From the IMG/VR virus record IMGVR_UViG_3300027749_000107, positions 4,484 through 68,483 of that record: a DNA stretch of 64,000 bases. The stretch is one strand, 5' to 3'. The position numbers were made by a program, and so were the translations under genes. The DNA is from a virus. Shown piece after piece: positions 17,039-26,209 of the stretch (the first letter of the stretch is position 1; every line of letters starts with the position of its first letter). Under the pieces are notes generated by a model. It saw only the letters and a list, made by a program, of their open reading frames with translations. It was not told the DNA's origin and made no database searches.

Positions 17039-19252
17039 TTAAAAAATGCTTTTAATTGCTTTGCCAATACTTTCTAAACCGTCTTTTGTAAGATTATCCA
17101 TATTAAATGACCCACCTTTTGATTCGTCTTTTGCTGACTCTTGACCCGGTGCACGTTGACATTTTAACCGTTGTTCAAATTTTCCACCTTTAAATGTACT
17201 AGTTACTTGCCGAGCTATAAACAACCCGCTATATTGCATCAACGGTGAAGATGGCATATCTCCAGTAAACTGATACATTCCGGTTTCTTGACTAAAGTCT
17301 ATAGGAGTTCTAAAATTAACAACAATATGCACTTCGCCCATTTGATAGTTAATAGTACCGTCGGCGTTTAAATTTGAATACTGTGTAGGTTTTGATGTAT
17401 AATTGCCAAAACCACTGTGATGTAAAAACGCAGGATCACCAACAATTACTAAATCTAAATTAATCATGTCATTACCACGAGTTAATGCATCATGATACAA
17501 CCTAGCTGCTCGTGTTCCTGCAGTTTCTGTACCACCGCCACCTAATCTGTCTGTACTTAAAAATGTTGCAGTGTACGAATTCTGTCCAACGTTTGTACCT
17601 TTTTCTGGTTCACTACCGGTTACTGCAACTGTATTCACAGCTTTATCATTTACTTCTGATCCTTGTGCTGCTGATGTTTTAACATCCATTGATTGCTTAC
17701 ACCAATCAGCCGCCATTAACCCTGAAAAACTATTCTCAATTTTTATATCAAAACTTATCACATCGGTGTTTAATCCAGTATACAAATAGTTGTATTCTTT
17801 TATTGCATTCTTAAACATATTTTCAAAACCTGGAGACTTTTCATTAAGCGCAACAATTCCCGAACTTGCATGAGTATTATAAGGTATTACACGGTACACA
17901 ATTATTTTTGGTTTTGTACCTGTTGACTTGTAATTTGCATCAGTTGAAACATTGTATACTTGAATATCAATTGACCACCATTTTTTATATCCTGATGCTG
18001 AAATAGCATCAGGGTCTAGTGTCTCTGTTGGGAAGTTACTTTGTAAAATTACTTGATTAATTGCATTAGGTATGTCAGTATCTTGCCTAAATTTAAACTC
18101 ACATTCAGCAGGATTTGGTGTATTGTTTGCTCTTACTTGTACAACGTGTCCGTCAACTTCTGTATGATTATCAGTTTCTTTACCATACGGTGCATCTGCA
18201 GTTTTGGCTGCACCAAACCCTAATGATGATTTTCCAATAACATTACAATCTTCAGCTTTTTGTACATGGTATTTGAGATTGTTTACTGTTACTTCGTCTA
18301 CACCTATTTTTTTATATACAGTGCTTTCGCTATCACTACCACTAGTTGCACTGTCTGAACTTTCAGCTCCGCTGTCGCCTTTATCTGAATGTATGGTTTT
18401 AGGAAATAAAATTATAATTTCATCAGGAACATCAACAATTTTATCTTCTTTAAGTTGCCGTAACTTTGCATTCCACACAGCTTGTAAACTCTTTTCACCT
18501 GTTTGTAATACTTCCTGAACAGTAGTACCTTTAACAGATACGTCTGTTGTTAATTTTGCATTTTTGTCACTTAACCCTTGTGCATTCCATACAATTGCTT
18601 TAACAAAGTATAAAGCACCATCTTGATTTACTGTCATACTTACGTTTGAAAACTTAAACGGAATGTATCTAGTACTCTCTGGTATTGGTAACATCATGCC
18701 CATTTCGTCATTACCGCGAAACTCAATCGTTAATAAAAATGGTGCAGCGTTCCAGTTTTGATGATCTGATTCCCATGCTGCTTGTTGACAAGACATTGTA
18801 AACAATCCCATGCTATACGGTTCTTTTACTGAGAACGTTAAGTTTGTAGATGACACATTGTTGCCAGTTTGAAACCCTATCATACCTTCAATAGTAACCT
18901 CGTCTACAAAGAAATCAAATTTACCATAATCAGTTCTAACACGGTTATTTGGTTCTGCGTTTGCTGACTTACATATAATTTGCGGAGCTTTTCCATATCG
19001 ATCACCTGGTTGTAACGTCTTCCATTTAAAATATGAGTTATCCGGGTCTTCAACATCTTTATCATGTAATGCACTAATTGTAAAAACACAATCATATGTT
19101 GCATAGTCATGCAACACGTTTTGCAATGGTAGTTTAATTGGCGCAATTGCATCAAAATCTAAACCAATGTCTGCTGCAAACTCTGATACACTCGTAGTAA
19201 CAGTTTTAGCTGCATCGGATAACATTGTTGTTGCTGAATCTATAAATGACAT
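17039..19252 (-). CDS. Putative baseplate hub protein (gp27/GpD-like)
   Basis: Lies between the gp53/LysM-like gene and the spike. C-terminal LDLVIVGDP...YSGLFIARQVTSTFKGGKFEQRL resembles hub proteins. Confidence 0.6.
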   Translation of the reverse strand: MSFIDSATTMLSDAAKTVTTSVSEFAADIGLDFDAIAPIKLPLQNVLHDYATYDCVFTISALHDKDVEDPDNSYFKWKTLQPGDRYGKAPQIICKSANAEPNNRVRTDYGKFDFFVDEVTIEGMIGFQTGNNVSSTNLTFSVKEPYSMGLFTMSCQQAAWESDHQNWNAAPFLLTIEFRGNDEMGMMLPIPESTRYIPFKFSNVSMTVNQDGALYFVKAIVWNAQGLSDKNAKLTTDVSVKGTTVQEVLQTGEKSLQAVWNAKLRQLKEDKIVDVPDEIIILFPKTIHSDKGDSGAESSDSATSGSDSESTVYKKIGVDEVTVNNLKYHVQKAEDCNVIGKSSLGFGAAKTADAPYGKETDNHTEVDGHVVQVRANNTPNPAECEFKFRQDTDIPNAINQVILQSNFPTETLDPDAISASGYKKWWSIDIQVYNVSTDANYKSTGTKPKIIVYRVIPYNTHASSGIVALNEKSPGFENMFKNAIKEYNYLYTGLNTDVISFDIKIENSFSGLMAADWCKQSMDVKTSAAQGSEVNDKAVNTVAVTGSEPEKGTNVGQNSYTATFLSTDRLGGGGTETAGTRAARLYHDALTRGNDMINLDLVIVGDPAFLHHSGFGNYTSKPTQYSNLNADGTINYQMGEVHIVVNFRTPIDFSQETGMYQFTGDMPSSPLMQYSGLFIARQVTSTFKGGKFEQRLKCQRAPGQESAKDESKGGSFNMDNLTKDGLESIGKAIKSIF

Positions 19253-19253
19253 T

Positions 19254-19556
19254 TTATGTACCTAATGATGTTCTTAATTTACTATATTGTGGGATATAAA
19301 TCTGTACTCCTGGTACAAAATCATATATTGGATCTTGTATTACATTGAGATTACGTTGGGTAAATACCCACCATAATGCTGCATCGCCATACAAATCAAA
19401 TGCTAATAAGTCCGGACGATTTGTATATTGCGGTTCAATAGTATACAAATAATCGGATATTTCTGCTGCTACTGGTCGTATTTTTAATATACCTAAGTAT
19501 CCGTTTGATATTGTAGTGTTAGCCCATGGGCTATGTTTACCATATGTTGCTGTCAT
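19254..19556 (-). CDS. Baseplate wedge LysM-like protein (gp53/P2 X-like)
   Basis: YTIE...RPDLLAFDLYGDAALWWVF...N...DPI...PG..IYIP motif. Confidence 0.8.
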   Translation of the reverse strand: MTATYGKHSPWANTTISNGYLGILKIRPVAAEISDYLYTIEPQYTNRPDLLAFDLYGDAALWWVFTQRNLNVIQDPIYDFVPGVQIYIPQYSKLRTSLGT

Positions 19557-20482
19557 TAAATATACCCAAAGCTATTGTTAAGGTAGCCGCCGGCTACAAA
19601 ATTATCTAAACTAAACTTACGCGCACTTGTTCTGCTGTAAGTTGGTATTAATTGTATTGTAAATGAACTTCTTGTTGGAACATGTGCAATGTCGCCGTCC
19701 ATAGAAAAACCAACACCTAGTGAGTTCATCATTTGTGCTGCTTGTCCAATGCCGTCTGTAATATCAGTAATTTGATCAGTAATCTTAGTTGCGCCAAATG
19801 CACTGCCTAACGCACCTGCTACTCCGCCTGCCATTCCGGCAACTGAACTTACTGCACCTGCTACACTAGTTTTTGTTTGAACCGGAATGTAATCACATTC
19901 TGCAGTCAACGACGTACTAAATGATGTTACTACTACTGGCACATTGTTAAAGACATAACTGCCGTATCCGCTTAATTGTACAATAGGCGGTGGATTACCT
20001 GCTTTTGGATCGTTTCCTGAAAACATTTTTGTCATTGCTCTAAAATAATGTACTGCTGCAATCCAATATAATCCTTGTGCCGAATCTTCAACATTCATAG
20101 GTGCAGTAATTGTAATTGTACCCGGGTCACTATGTTGATATGTGTTAAATTTAAAATTTGAATGTATTGGTTGCATTGCCGAATACGAAGCAGATGATCC
20201 AATATTAATAGTAGGAGTATATGGAAAAATCATACCTCCTGCATCATGTAACGGTTTTAAAACTGGACTTCCTCTAAAACTTGGCCATGTTGGTAGCGTT
20301 AGTCTTACCCGCCAATCGTCAACTGTGCTATCTTGATATACGGCATACGCACTCATTAAATCGCCAGCAATTTCTCCTGCTCTTGGTAATGTAATTGATC
20401 GCTTACCACTTAAAAAATTACCTGCGTTGCCTAATGCGCCTCCGGCTGCGCCAACTGCTGCGCCTATTCCTGCTAATGACAT
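19556..20482 (-). CDS. Putative tail tube initiator / baseplate-tube junction protein
   Basis: FPYTPTI and PPPIVQLSGYGSYVFNNVPVVVTSFS motifs typical of contractile-system tube-initiator proteins; first gene of the baseplate operon. Confidence 0.6.
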   Translation of the reverse strand: MSLAGIGAAVGAAGGALGNAGNFLSGKRSITLPRAGEIAGDLMSAYAVYQDSTVDDWRVRLTLPTWPSFRGSPVLKPLHDAGGMIFPYTPTINIGSSASYSAMQPIHSNFKFNTYQHSDPGTITITAPMNVEDSAQGLYWIAAVHYFRAMTKMFSGNDPKAGNPPPIVQLSGYGSYVFNNVPVVVTSFSTSLTAECDYIPVQTKTSVAGAVSSVAGMAGGVAGALGSAFGATKITDQITDITDGIGQAAQMMNSLGVGFSMDGDIAHVPTRSSFTIQLIPTYSRTSARKFSLDNFVAGGYLNNSFGYI

Positions 20483-20506
20483 AATTTTATTCCTTAGTTA
20501 ATGTAT

Positions 20507-20513
20507 TATTTAT
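20507..20513 (-). promoter_or_regulatory. Late promoter ATAAATA for the baseplate operon
   Basis: About 25 nt upstream of the ATG at 20482, with an AAGGA RBS. Confidence 0.65.
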
Positions 20514-20542
20514 TTGACTTTATTAAGTGTAGAGTTTATAAT
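20514..20542 (+). promoter_or_regulatory. Sigma70-type promoter for the gp55-gp47-gp46 operon
   Basis: TTGACT (20514-19), 17-nt spacer, TATAAT (20537-42), then AAGGAG RBS. Confidence 0.8.
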
Positions 20543-20568
20543 ATATATATGTAAAAGGAGATACACAC

Positions 20569-21393
20569 ATGCTTACACCAAAGGTAAATTATTTAAACAA
20601 CAAGGACATGCTATTAGAAATTCATAGATCAAAAAGCTCATTTTGTGTCTTTACAGATCCGGCATTTCATCAATATGATATTATCTTACCTAACATAGAC
20701 AAAGTTAATATCCGTACAATTGCCGAAGCTAAACGGAATCAAGCAAAGCGATTAGGTGATTTAAATTATGCTAAACGAAAAAGCGAAGGCGAAAAAATTA
20801 AACAAACTGAATGCGAAATTAATTATAAATCTATTTCAAAAAATGATGTAGTTTTTAGAATTATGTCGTATGATCATATACCACTAAATGCAACAAGAAA
20901 AAAGAATCCTAAAACAGAAGCCGATAAACGAGATAAGGTAAATTTTCCGCCGTTTCAACACTGGAAATTTGTTAATAATGAACTAGTATGTGTAGGTAAA
21001 AGCCACTGGAGTGGAGACTTAGAAACTGGGCATTTTGATAAAACTGCAGGGCAAATTACTGATACATTAGCTCGTATGATGATTAAATTATGCGAACGAT
21101 ATGCAACACGCGGCAACGTAAGAAGTTATACATACAATGACGAGATGCGTGGGCAGGCAATATTACAACTAACACAAATTGGATTACAATTTGACGAATC
21201 TAAATCAGATAATCCATTTGCATACTTTACTGCTGCAGTTACCAATTCGTTCGTAAGAGTTATAAATATAGAGAAGCGCAATCAGAATATTAGAGACGAT
21301 ATTTTAGAAATGAATGGAATGAATCCGTCGTATACTAGAACAGGTTCAGAAGAATATGAGGTAGCAATGCGAAGATCAGAGGATTACGAGTGA
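20569..21393 (+). CDS. gp55: Late-transcription sigma factor (T4 gp55-like)
   Basis: NYLNNKDML N-terminus and YTYNDEMRGQA...QFDESKSDNPFAYFTAAVTNSFVRVINIEKR; upstream of gp47/gp46 as in T4-like phages. Confidence 0.85.
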   Translation: MLTPKVNYLNNKDMLLEIHRSKSSFCVFTDPAFHQYDIILPNIDKVNIRTIAEAKRNQAKRLGDLNYAKRKSEGEKIKQTECEINYKSISKNDVVFRIMSYDHIPLNATRKKNPKTEADKRDKVNFPPFQHWKFVNNELVCVGKSHWSGDLETGHFDKTAGQITDTLARMMIKLCERYATRGNVRSYTYNDEMRGQAILQLTQIGLQFDESKSDNPFAYFTAAVTNSFVRVINIEKRNQNIRDDILEMNGMNPSYTRTGSEEYEVAMRRSEDYE

Positions 21394-23138
21394 TTGAATA
21401 TCAAAAAATTTTAACTACATTAACAGATTTAGACAGGCGACCTCGCCTGTCTTACACAGCATTATTAAAAACACCGTATGCTGAACAAATATCACAAATT
21501 TCTACATTATTGTCTAGTACAAATGCTAGACAAATAATTTATCATATTAAACAACAATCACTTGTAATTCCGTGTTGTGAATGCAGTAACCAGTTAAGTT
21601 GGCATTTAGATTTACAACAATATCGAGCATATTGCAGTCCAAAATGCACTGCAACTTATTCTACTGTTATAAAAAAGAAAAAGAATTTAGAACTTCTTGG
21701 TGTCGAATGGCACACTCAAACCAACGATTGGAAAACTAAAGTAAAATCTACTAGTTTAGAAAAATACGGTGTTGAACATTATTCTCAAACTGACGAATAC
21801 AAACAACGTGTTATTACTTCTAATTTAGAAAAATATAATGTATCACATGTTATGCATTTATCAGAGACTAAGCAAAAAATTAAAAATACTAATTTAATTA
21901 AATACGGCTTTGATAATCCTGCAAAAAATTATAATGTTCAATCTAAAATTAAAGAAACGAATCTTATTAGATACGGCTGCACTAATCCGTTACTAAATTT
22001 AGATATTCAACAACAAATTAAAGATACTAACATTATTAAATACGGTTATATTAATCCTCTAAGTAATGCAAGTATACGAGAAAAAAGCGTTGCTACTAAA
22101 CGAGAACACTATTTTTCTGCAGATACATTAGAAAAACTTACAAACGCATCTTGGCTAGAAAATGAACAGCATTCAGGTAAAACTGTACACGAGATTGCTA
22201 ATGATATAGGTATTAGTTCTAGTCAACTATGCAAAATTTTTCATTCATTAAATATTAATATCGTCCGGCATTCTGCAAGTGAATTAGAACGAAGATTATA
22301 CTTGCATTATGATCAAAAAGGTGTTAAAATAATTACGAATAATAGAACTATAATTTCACCTAAAGAATTAGATTTATATTTTCCAGACTATAATTTAGCA
22401 ATAGAAATTAACGGATGTTATTTTCATTCAGAACAGTATAACAAAACACAGATGTATCATTTACAAAAAACTAATGCATGTATATCACAAAAGATTGCAT
22501 TATTACAATTTTGGGATACAGAAATTAATGAAAAATGGGAACAAACTATTAATTTAATTGATAGTAGATTAGGGCTACATTCTAAATTATACGCAAGGCA
22601 CACTAACCTGCAAGTAGTTAATTCAGCTGAGAAGGCACAGTTTATATCAACTCATCACCTGCAGGGAGACGTTAACAGTTTAATTAACCTAGGTCTGTAC
22701 GATACTACTAATAGATTAATTATGGTTGCAACGTTTGGTAAGCCAAGATTTACTAAGGCTTCTACATTTGAACTATTACGGTTATGTTCGTTATCAGGGT
22801 TACAAGTAGTAGGCGGAGCAAGTAAACTTATTAACCATTTTGTTAAATGTTATATGGAACCCGATGATGTATTACTGTCGTATTGCAATCGTCGTTATAG
22901 CACTGGTAATGTTTATTACAAATTAGGATTTACGTTAGAATCTACATCACCACCGGGATTTTTTTATATTGATAAAGCCGGAAAGTATGCAGGTTCACGG
23001 TATCAATGGCAAAAACACTTAATGAAACACAAACTATTAACATTTGATAACACATTAACTGCATCACAAAATATGGAAAACAACGGATTTTTTAAAGTTT
23101 GGGATTGCGGACAACTAGTATTTAAATTAAAAAAATAA
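21390..23138 (+). CDS. Putative free-standing Hef-like homing endonuclease
   Basis: Zn-ribbon-like CCEC...YCSPKC; about 5 repeats of T/SNLxKYGxx(NP); Vsr/DUF559-like ELDLYFPDYNLAIEINGCYFHS; C-terminal ELLRLCS...VVGGASKL...SYCNRRYS.G.VY...GF and VWDCG. Confidence 0.7.
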   Translation: MIEYQKILTTLTDLDRRPRLSYTALLKTPYAEQISQISTLLSSTNARQIIYHIKQQSLVIPCCECSNQLSWHLDLQQYRAYCSPKCTATYSTVIKKKKNLELLGVEWHTQTNDWKTKVKSTSLEKYGVEHYSQTDEYKQRVITSNLEKYNVSHVMHLSETKQKIKNTNLIKYGFDNPAKNYNVQSKIKETNLIRYGCTNPLLNLDIQQQIKDTNIIKYGYINPLSNASIREKSVATKREHYFSADTLEKLTNASWLENEQHSGKTVHEIANDIGISSSQLCKIFHSLNINIVRHSASELERRLYLHYDQKGVKIITNNRTIISPKELDLYFPDYNLAIEINGCYFHSEQYNKTQMYHLQKTNACISQKIALLQFWDTEINEKWEQTINLIDSRLGLHSKLYARHTNLQVVNSAEKAQFISTHHLQGDVNSLINLGLYDTTNRLIMVATFGKPRFTKASTFELLRLCSLSGLQVVGGASKLINHFVKCYMEPDDVLLSYCNRRYSTGNVYYKLGFTLESTSPPGFFYIDKAGKYAGSRYQWQKHLMKHKLLTFDNTLTASQNMENNGFFKVWDCGQLVFKLKK

Positions 23139-23371
23139 TGACTATGAATAATACACTGGATATAGCACATCCTGCACTTGATGATGCTTATCAAATTCTT
23201 AAAGAAGAACACTTGGATGCTAAAGCTAGTTATATTGAAAAACTGTTTGAAGAAACTTATAAATGCAAAGTAAATTTTGACAGTAGCTTTGGCGGTTCAG
23301 TTACATTTAACACAAACAAAGATTTAGTTTGGTTTTTATTAAAACACGACTCAACAGGAAATAATGGATAA
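23138..23371 (+). CDS. Hypothetical protein
   Basis: 77-aa ORF overlapping both neighbours, consistent with translational coupling. Confidence 0.6.
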   Translation: MTMNNTLDIAHPALDDAYQILKEEHLDAKASYIEKLFEETYKCKVNFDSSFGGSVTFNTNKDLVWFLLKHDSTGNNG

Positions 23372-24377
23372 TTTATTTAAAAAAGTAGCAGTATTTACAG
23401 ATCTGCATTTTGGACTAAAGTCAAACAGCAGTGTACACAATCAAGATTGTGAAGATTTTATAGATTGGTACATTAATAAAGCTAAAGAACAAGGGTGTGA
23501 TGTTGGTATCTTTATGGGAGATTGGCATCACAATCGCAACAGTTTAAACATTACAACAATGGATTACAGTCTAAGAGCATTAGAGAAATTAGGCCAAGCG
23601 TTTGATAAATTTTACTTTTTTCCAGGTAATCACGACCTATATTACAAAGATAAACGTGACATACACAGCGTTGAATTTGGCAAATATATCCCCGGAATTA
23701 CTGTAGTTCATCATCCAACTACCATTGGAAATGTTACATTATGCCCTTGGTTAGTACATGATGAATGGAAAGAAATTGGTAAGAAAGGTGCGAAATATAT
23801 CTTTGGACACTTTGAATTACCGCATTTTTTTATGAACGCAATGGTACAAATGCCCGATCACGGTGAGATTAGTTTAGAAGCTTTTAGCAGTTATGAACTT
23901 GGTTTTAGTGGTCATTTTCACAAAAGACAGCAACGTGAAAACATGCATTACATTGGTAATGCATTCCCTCATAACTATGCAGATGCATGGGATGATGCAA
24001 GAGGTATGATGACATTAGAGTGGGGCGGACAACCAGAATTCTTTACATGGCCTAATCAACCTACATTTAGAACTGTTAAATTAAGTCAACTTTTAGACGA
24101 CGCTGATAATATTCTTAAACCAAATCAACACTTAAGAGTAGCATTAGATATTGATATTAGCTTTGAAGAAGCTAGCTTTATTAAAGAAAAGTTTATTGGA
24201 GATTACAAATTAAGAGAACTTAAAGTAATTGAAGAACGCAAATCGATAGACGTAACAAGCAATGTAGATATTGAAGCATTTGAAAGTATAGACGAAATTG
24301 TAGCTACTCAAATTGTAAACATTGACTCAGAAACATATAACAAAAATACATTATTATCAATCTATAGCAACCTATGA
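23364..24377 (+). CDS. gp47: Recombination nuclease subunit (gp47, Mre11/SbcD-like)
   Basis: Metallophosphoesterase motifs DLHFG, GDWHH, GNHD, GHFH. Confidence 0.92.
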   Translation: MDNLFKKVAVFTDLHFGLKSNSSVHNQDCEDFIDWYINKAKEQGCDVGIFMGDWHHNRNSLNITTMDYSLRALEKLGQAFDKFYFFPGNHDLYYKDKRDIHSVEFGKYIPGITVVHHPTTIGNVTLCPWLVHDEWKEIGKKGAKYIFGHFELPHFFMNAMVQMPDHGEISLEAFSSYELGFSGHFHKRQQRENMHYIGNAFPHNYADAWDDARGMMTLEWGGQPEFFTWPNQPTFRTVKLSQLLDDADNILKPNQHLRVALDIDISFEEASFIKEKFIGDYKLRELKVIEERKSIDVTSNVDIEAFESIDEIVATQIVNIDSETYNKNTLLSIYSNL

Positions 24378-26140
24378 AGATACAACAATTAACTGTAAAG
24401 AATTTTATGAGCGTTGGCAATTCTACACAAGCTGTAGACTTTGAGAAAGAAAACCTAACACTTGTACTAGGAGAAAACTTAGATCAAGGCGGCGACGATG
24501 CAGGATCTAGAAACGGTACAGGTAAAACAACTATCGTAAATGCGCTCAGTTATGCGCTTTACGGTACTGCCCTTACTAACATTAAAAAAGACAATCTAAT
24601 CAATAAAATTAACAATAAAAACATGCTAGTTACCTTAACTTTTGAAAAGGATGGTAACACATATCGCATCGAACGTGGTCGTAAACCAACTGTTCTTAAG
24701 TTTTTTGTTAATGAAGAATCACAAGTTTTAGCAGACGATGCACAAGGCGATATGCGTGAAACACAGAAAGACTTACATCATTTGTTTGGTATGAGTCATG
24801 ATATGTTCAAACATATTGTTGCATTAAACACTTATACAGAACCGTTCTTATCAATGAGAGCAAATGATCAACGAGAGATCATCGAACAATTGCTAGGTAT
24901 TACATTACTCAGTGAAAAAGCCGAAGCACTTAAAGAGCAAGTTAGGCAAACCAAAGATACGATTTATCAAGAAACTGCTAATATTGAAGCTGCTAAAAAG
25001 TCAAATGAGAAGATTCAACAGAGCATCGATACATTACTTTTAAGACAAAAAGCATGGTATAATCAACAAGAAACTGACTTAGAAAAACTTGCTCGTGCTA
25101 TTGTAGAAATGGAAGGTGTAGATATTGAAGCTGAAATTGCCAATCATGCATTGTTAAAAGAGTACTTAGAACAACGTGCAACAATGGCAAGTCTTAACAA
25201 AGAAAAAGCAACTTTAGAGTCTGCATCATCACAAGCTCTTAAAACAAGAGACAAGTATGTTAAAGAAATTGATTCATTAGATAACAAGAAATGTCATGCT
25301 TGTGACCAAGAATTACATGATCATAAACACGAAGAATTATTAGAAACTGCTACACAACATTTGCTTGAAGCACAGAAATATTATGATAAAGTACTAACAG
25401 ATCACACTAAAATCTGTGAAGAACTTAGCAAGTTTACAGTAATTAATACACGCCCAAATACATATTATGAAACACTAGAAGATGCGTTAAAACATCAAAC
25501 TAACTTTAGATCATTAGAACAACAGTTAGAAATTAAAGCAGTAGATACTGATCCGTATCAAGAACAGATTGACGAAATGCGCAATGCTGCACTACAAGAT
25601 ATTAGTTGGGATATTATCAATGAAGCAAATACACTTAAAGATCATCAAGAGTTTTTGCTTAAACTATTAACAAACAAAGACAGTTTTATCCGTAAAAAGA
25701 TTATAGATCAAAACTTAGCGTACTTAAACAACCGGTTAACATACTACTTAGATAAGATGGGATTACCGCATAATGTTGTATTCCAAAACGATTTAAGTGT
25801 TGAAATTACACAACTTGGACAGGATTTAGATTTTGATAACTTGTCACGTGGAGAACGTAATAGACTTATTTTAGGCATGTCTTGGGCATTCCGTGATGTA
25901 TGGGAAAGTTTGTATCAAGGTATTAACTTGTTGTTTGTAGACGAACTTATTGATAACGGTTTAGATGCGAATGGTATTGAAAGTGCGCTAACTGTACTAA
26001 AAGGCATGGCACGAGAACGTCATAAAAATGTATTCTTAATTAGTCACAAAGAAGAACTAGTAGGACGTGTTAACAATGTACTTAGAGTTGTAAAGGAAAA
26101 CGGTTTTACTTCCTACGATACTGATTTAGAAATACGATAA
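24374..26140 (+). CDS. gp46: Recombination ATPase subunit (gp46, Rad50/SbcC-like)
   Basis: KNFMSVG, Walker A NGTGKTT, coiled coil with CHAC Zn-hook, LSRGE signature, Walker B LLFVDE, ISH. Confidence 0.92.
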   Translation: MKIQQLTVKNFMSVGNSTQAVDFEKENLTLVLGENLDQGGDDAGSRNGTGKTTIVNALSYALYGTALTNIKKDNLINKINNKNMLVTLTFEKDGNTYRIERGRKPTVLKFFVNEESQVLADDAQGDMRETQKDLHHLFGMSHDMFKHIVALNTYTEPFLSMRANDQREIIEQLLGITLLSEKAEALKEQVRQTKDTIYQETANIEAAKKSNEKIQQSIDTLLLRQKAWYNQQETDLEKLARAIVEMEGVDIEAEIANHALLKEYLEQRATMASLNKEKATLESASSQALKTRDKYVKEIDSLDNKKCHACDQELHDHKHEELLETATQHLLEAQKYYDKVLTDHTKICEELSKFTVINTRPNTYYETLEDALKHQTNFRSLEQQLEIKAVDTDPYQEQIDEMRNAALQDISWDIINEANTLKDHQEFLLKLLTNKDSFIRKKIIDQNLAYLNNRLTYYLDKMGLPHNVVFQNDLSVEITQLGQDLDFDNLSRGERNRLILGMSWAFRDVWESLYQGINLLFVDELIDNGLDANGIESALTVLKGMARERHKNVFLISHKEELVGRVNNVLRVVKENGFTSYDTDLEIR

Positions 26141-26144
26141 TTAT

Positions 26145-26176
26145 ATGCCACTTCTTAATTGGAGTGGCATTCTCTT
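26145..26176 (+). terminator. Probable intrinsic terminator after gp46
   Basis: ATGCCACTTC-ttaatt-GGAGTGGCAT stem followed by a weak pyrimidine tract (TCTCTT). Confidence 0.6.
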
Positions 26177-26209
26177 GAGTACTAAATACATATTATTTAG
26201 GACACAACG

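Noticed and set aside
25838-25856. LSRGE instead of LSGGE signature in gp46
   Set aside because: All other ATPase motifs are intact, and signature variants occur in phage SbcC-like proteins.
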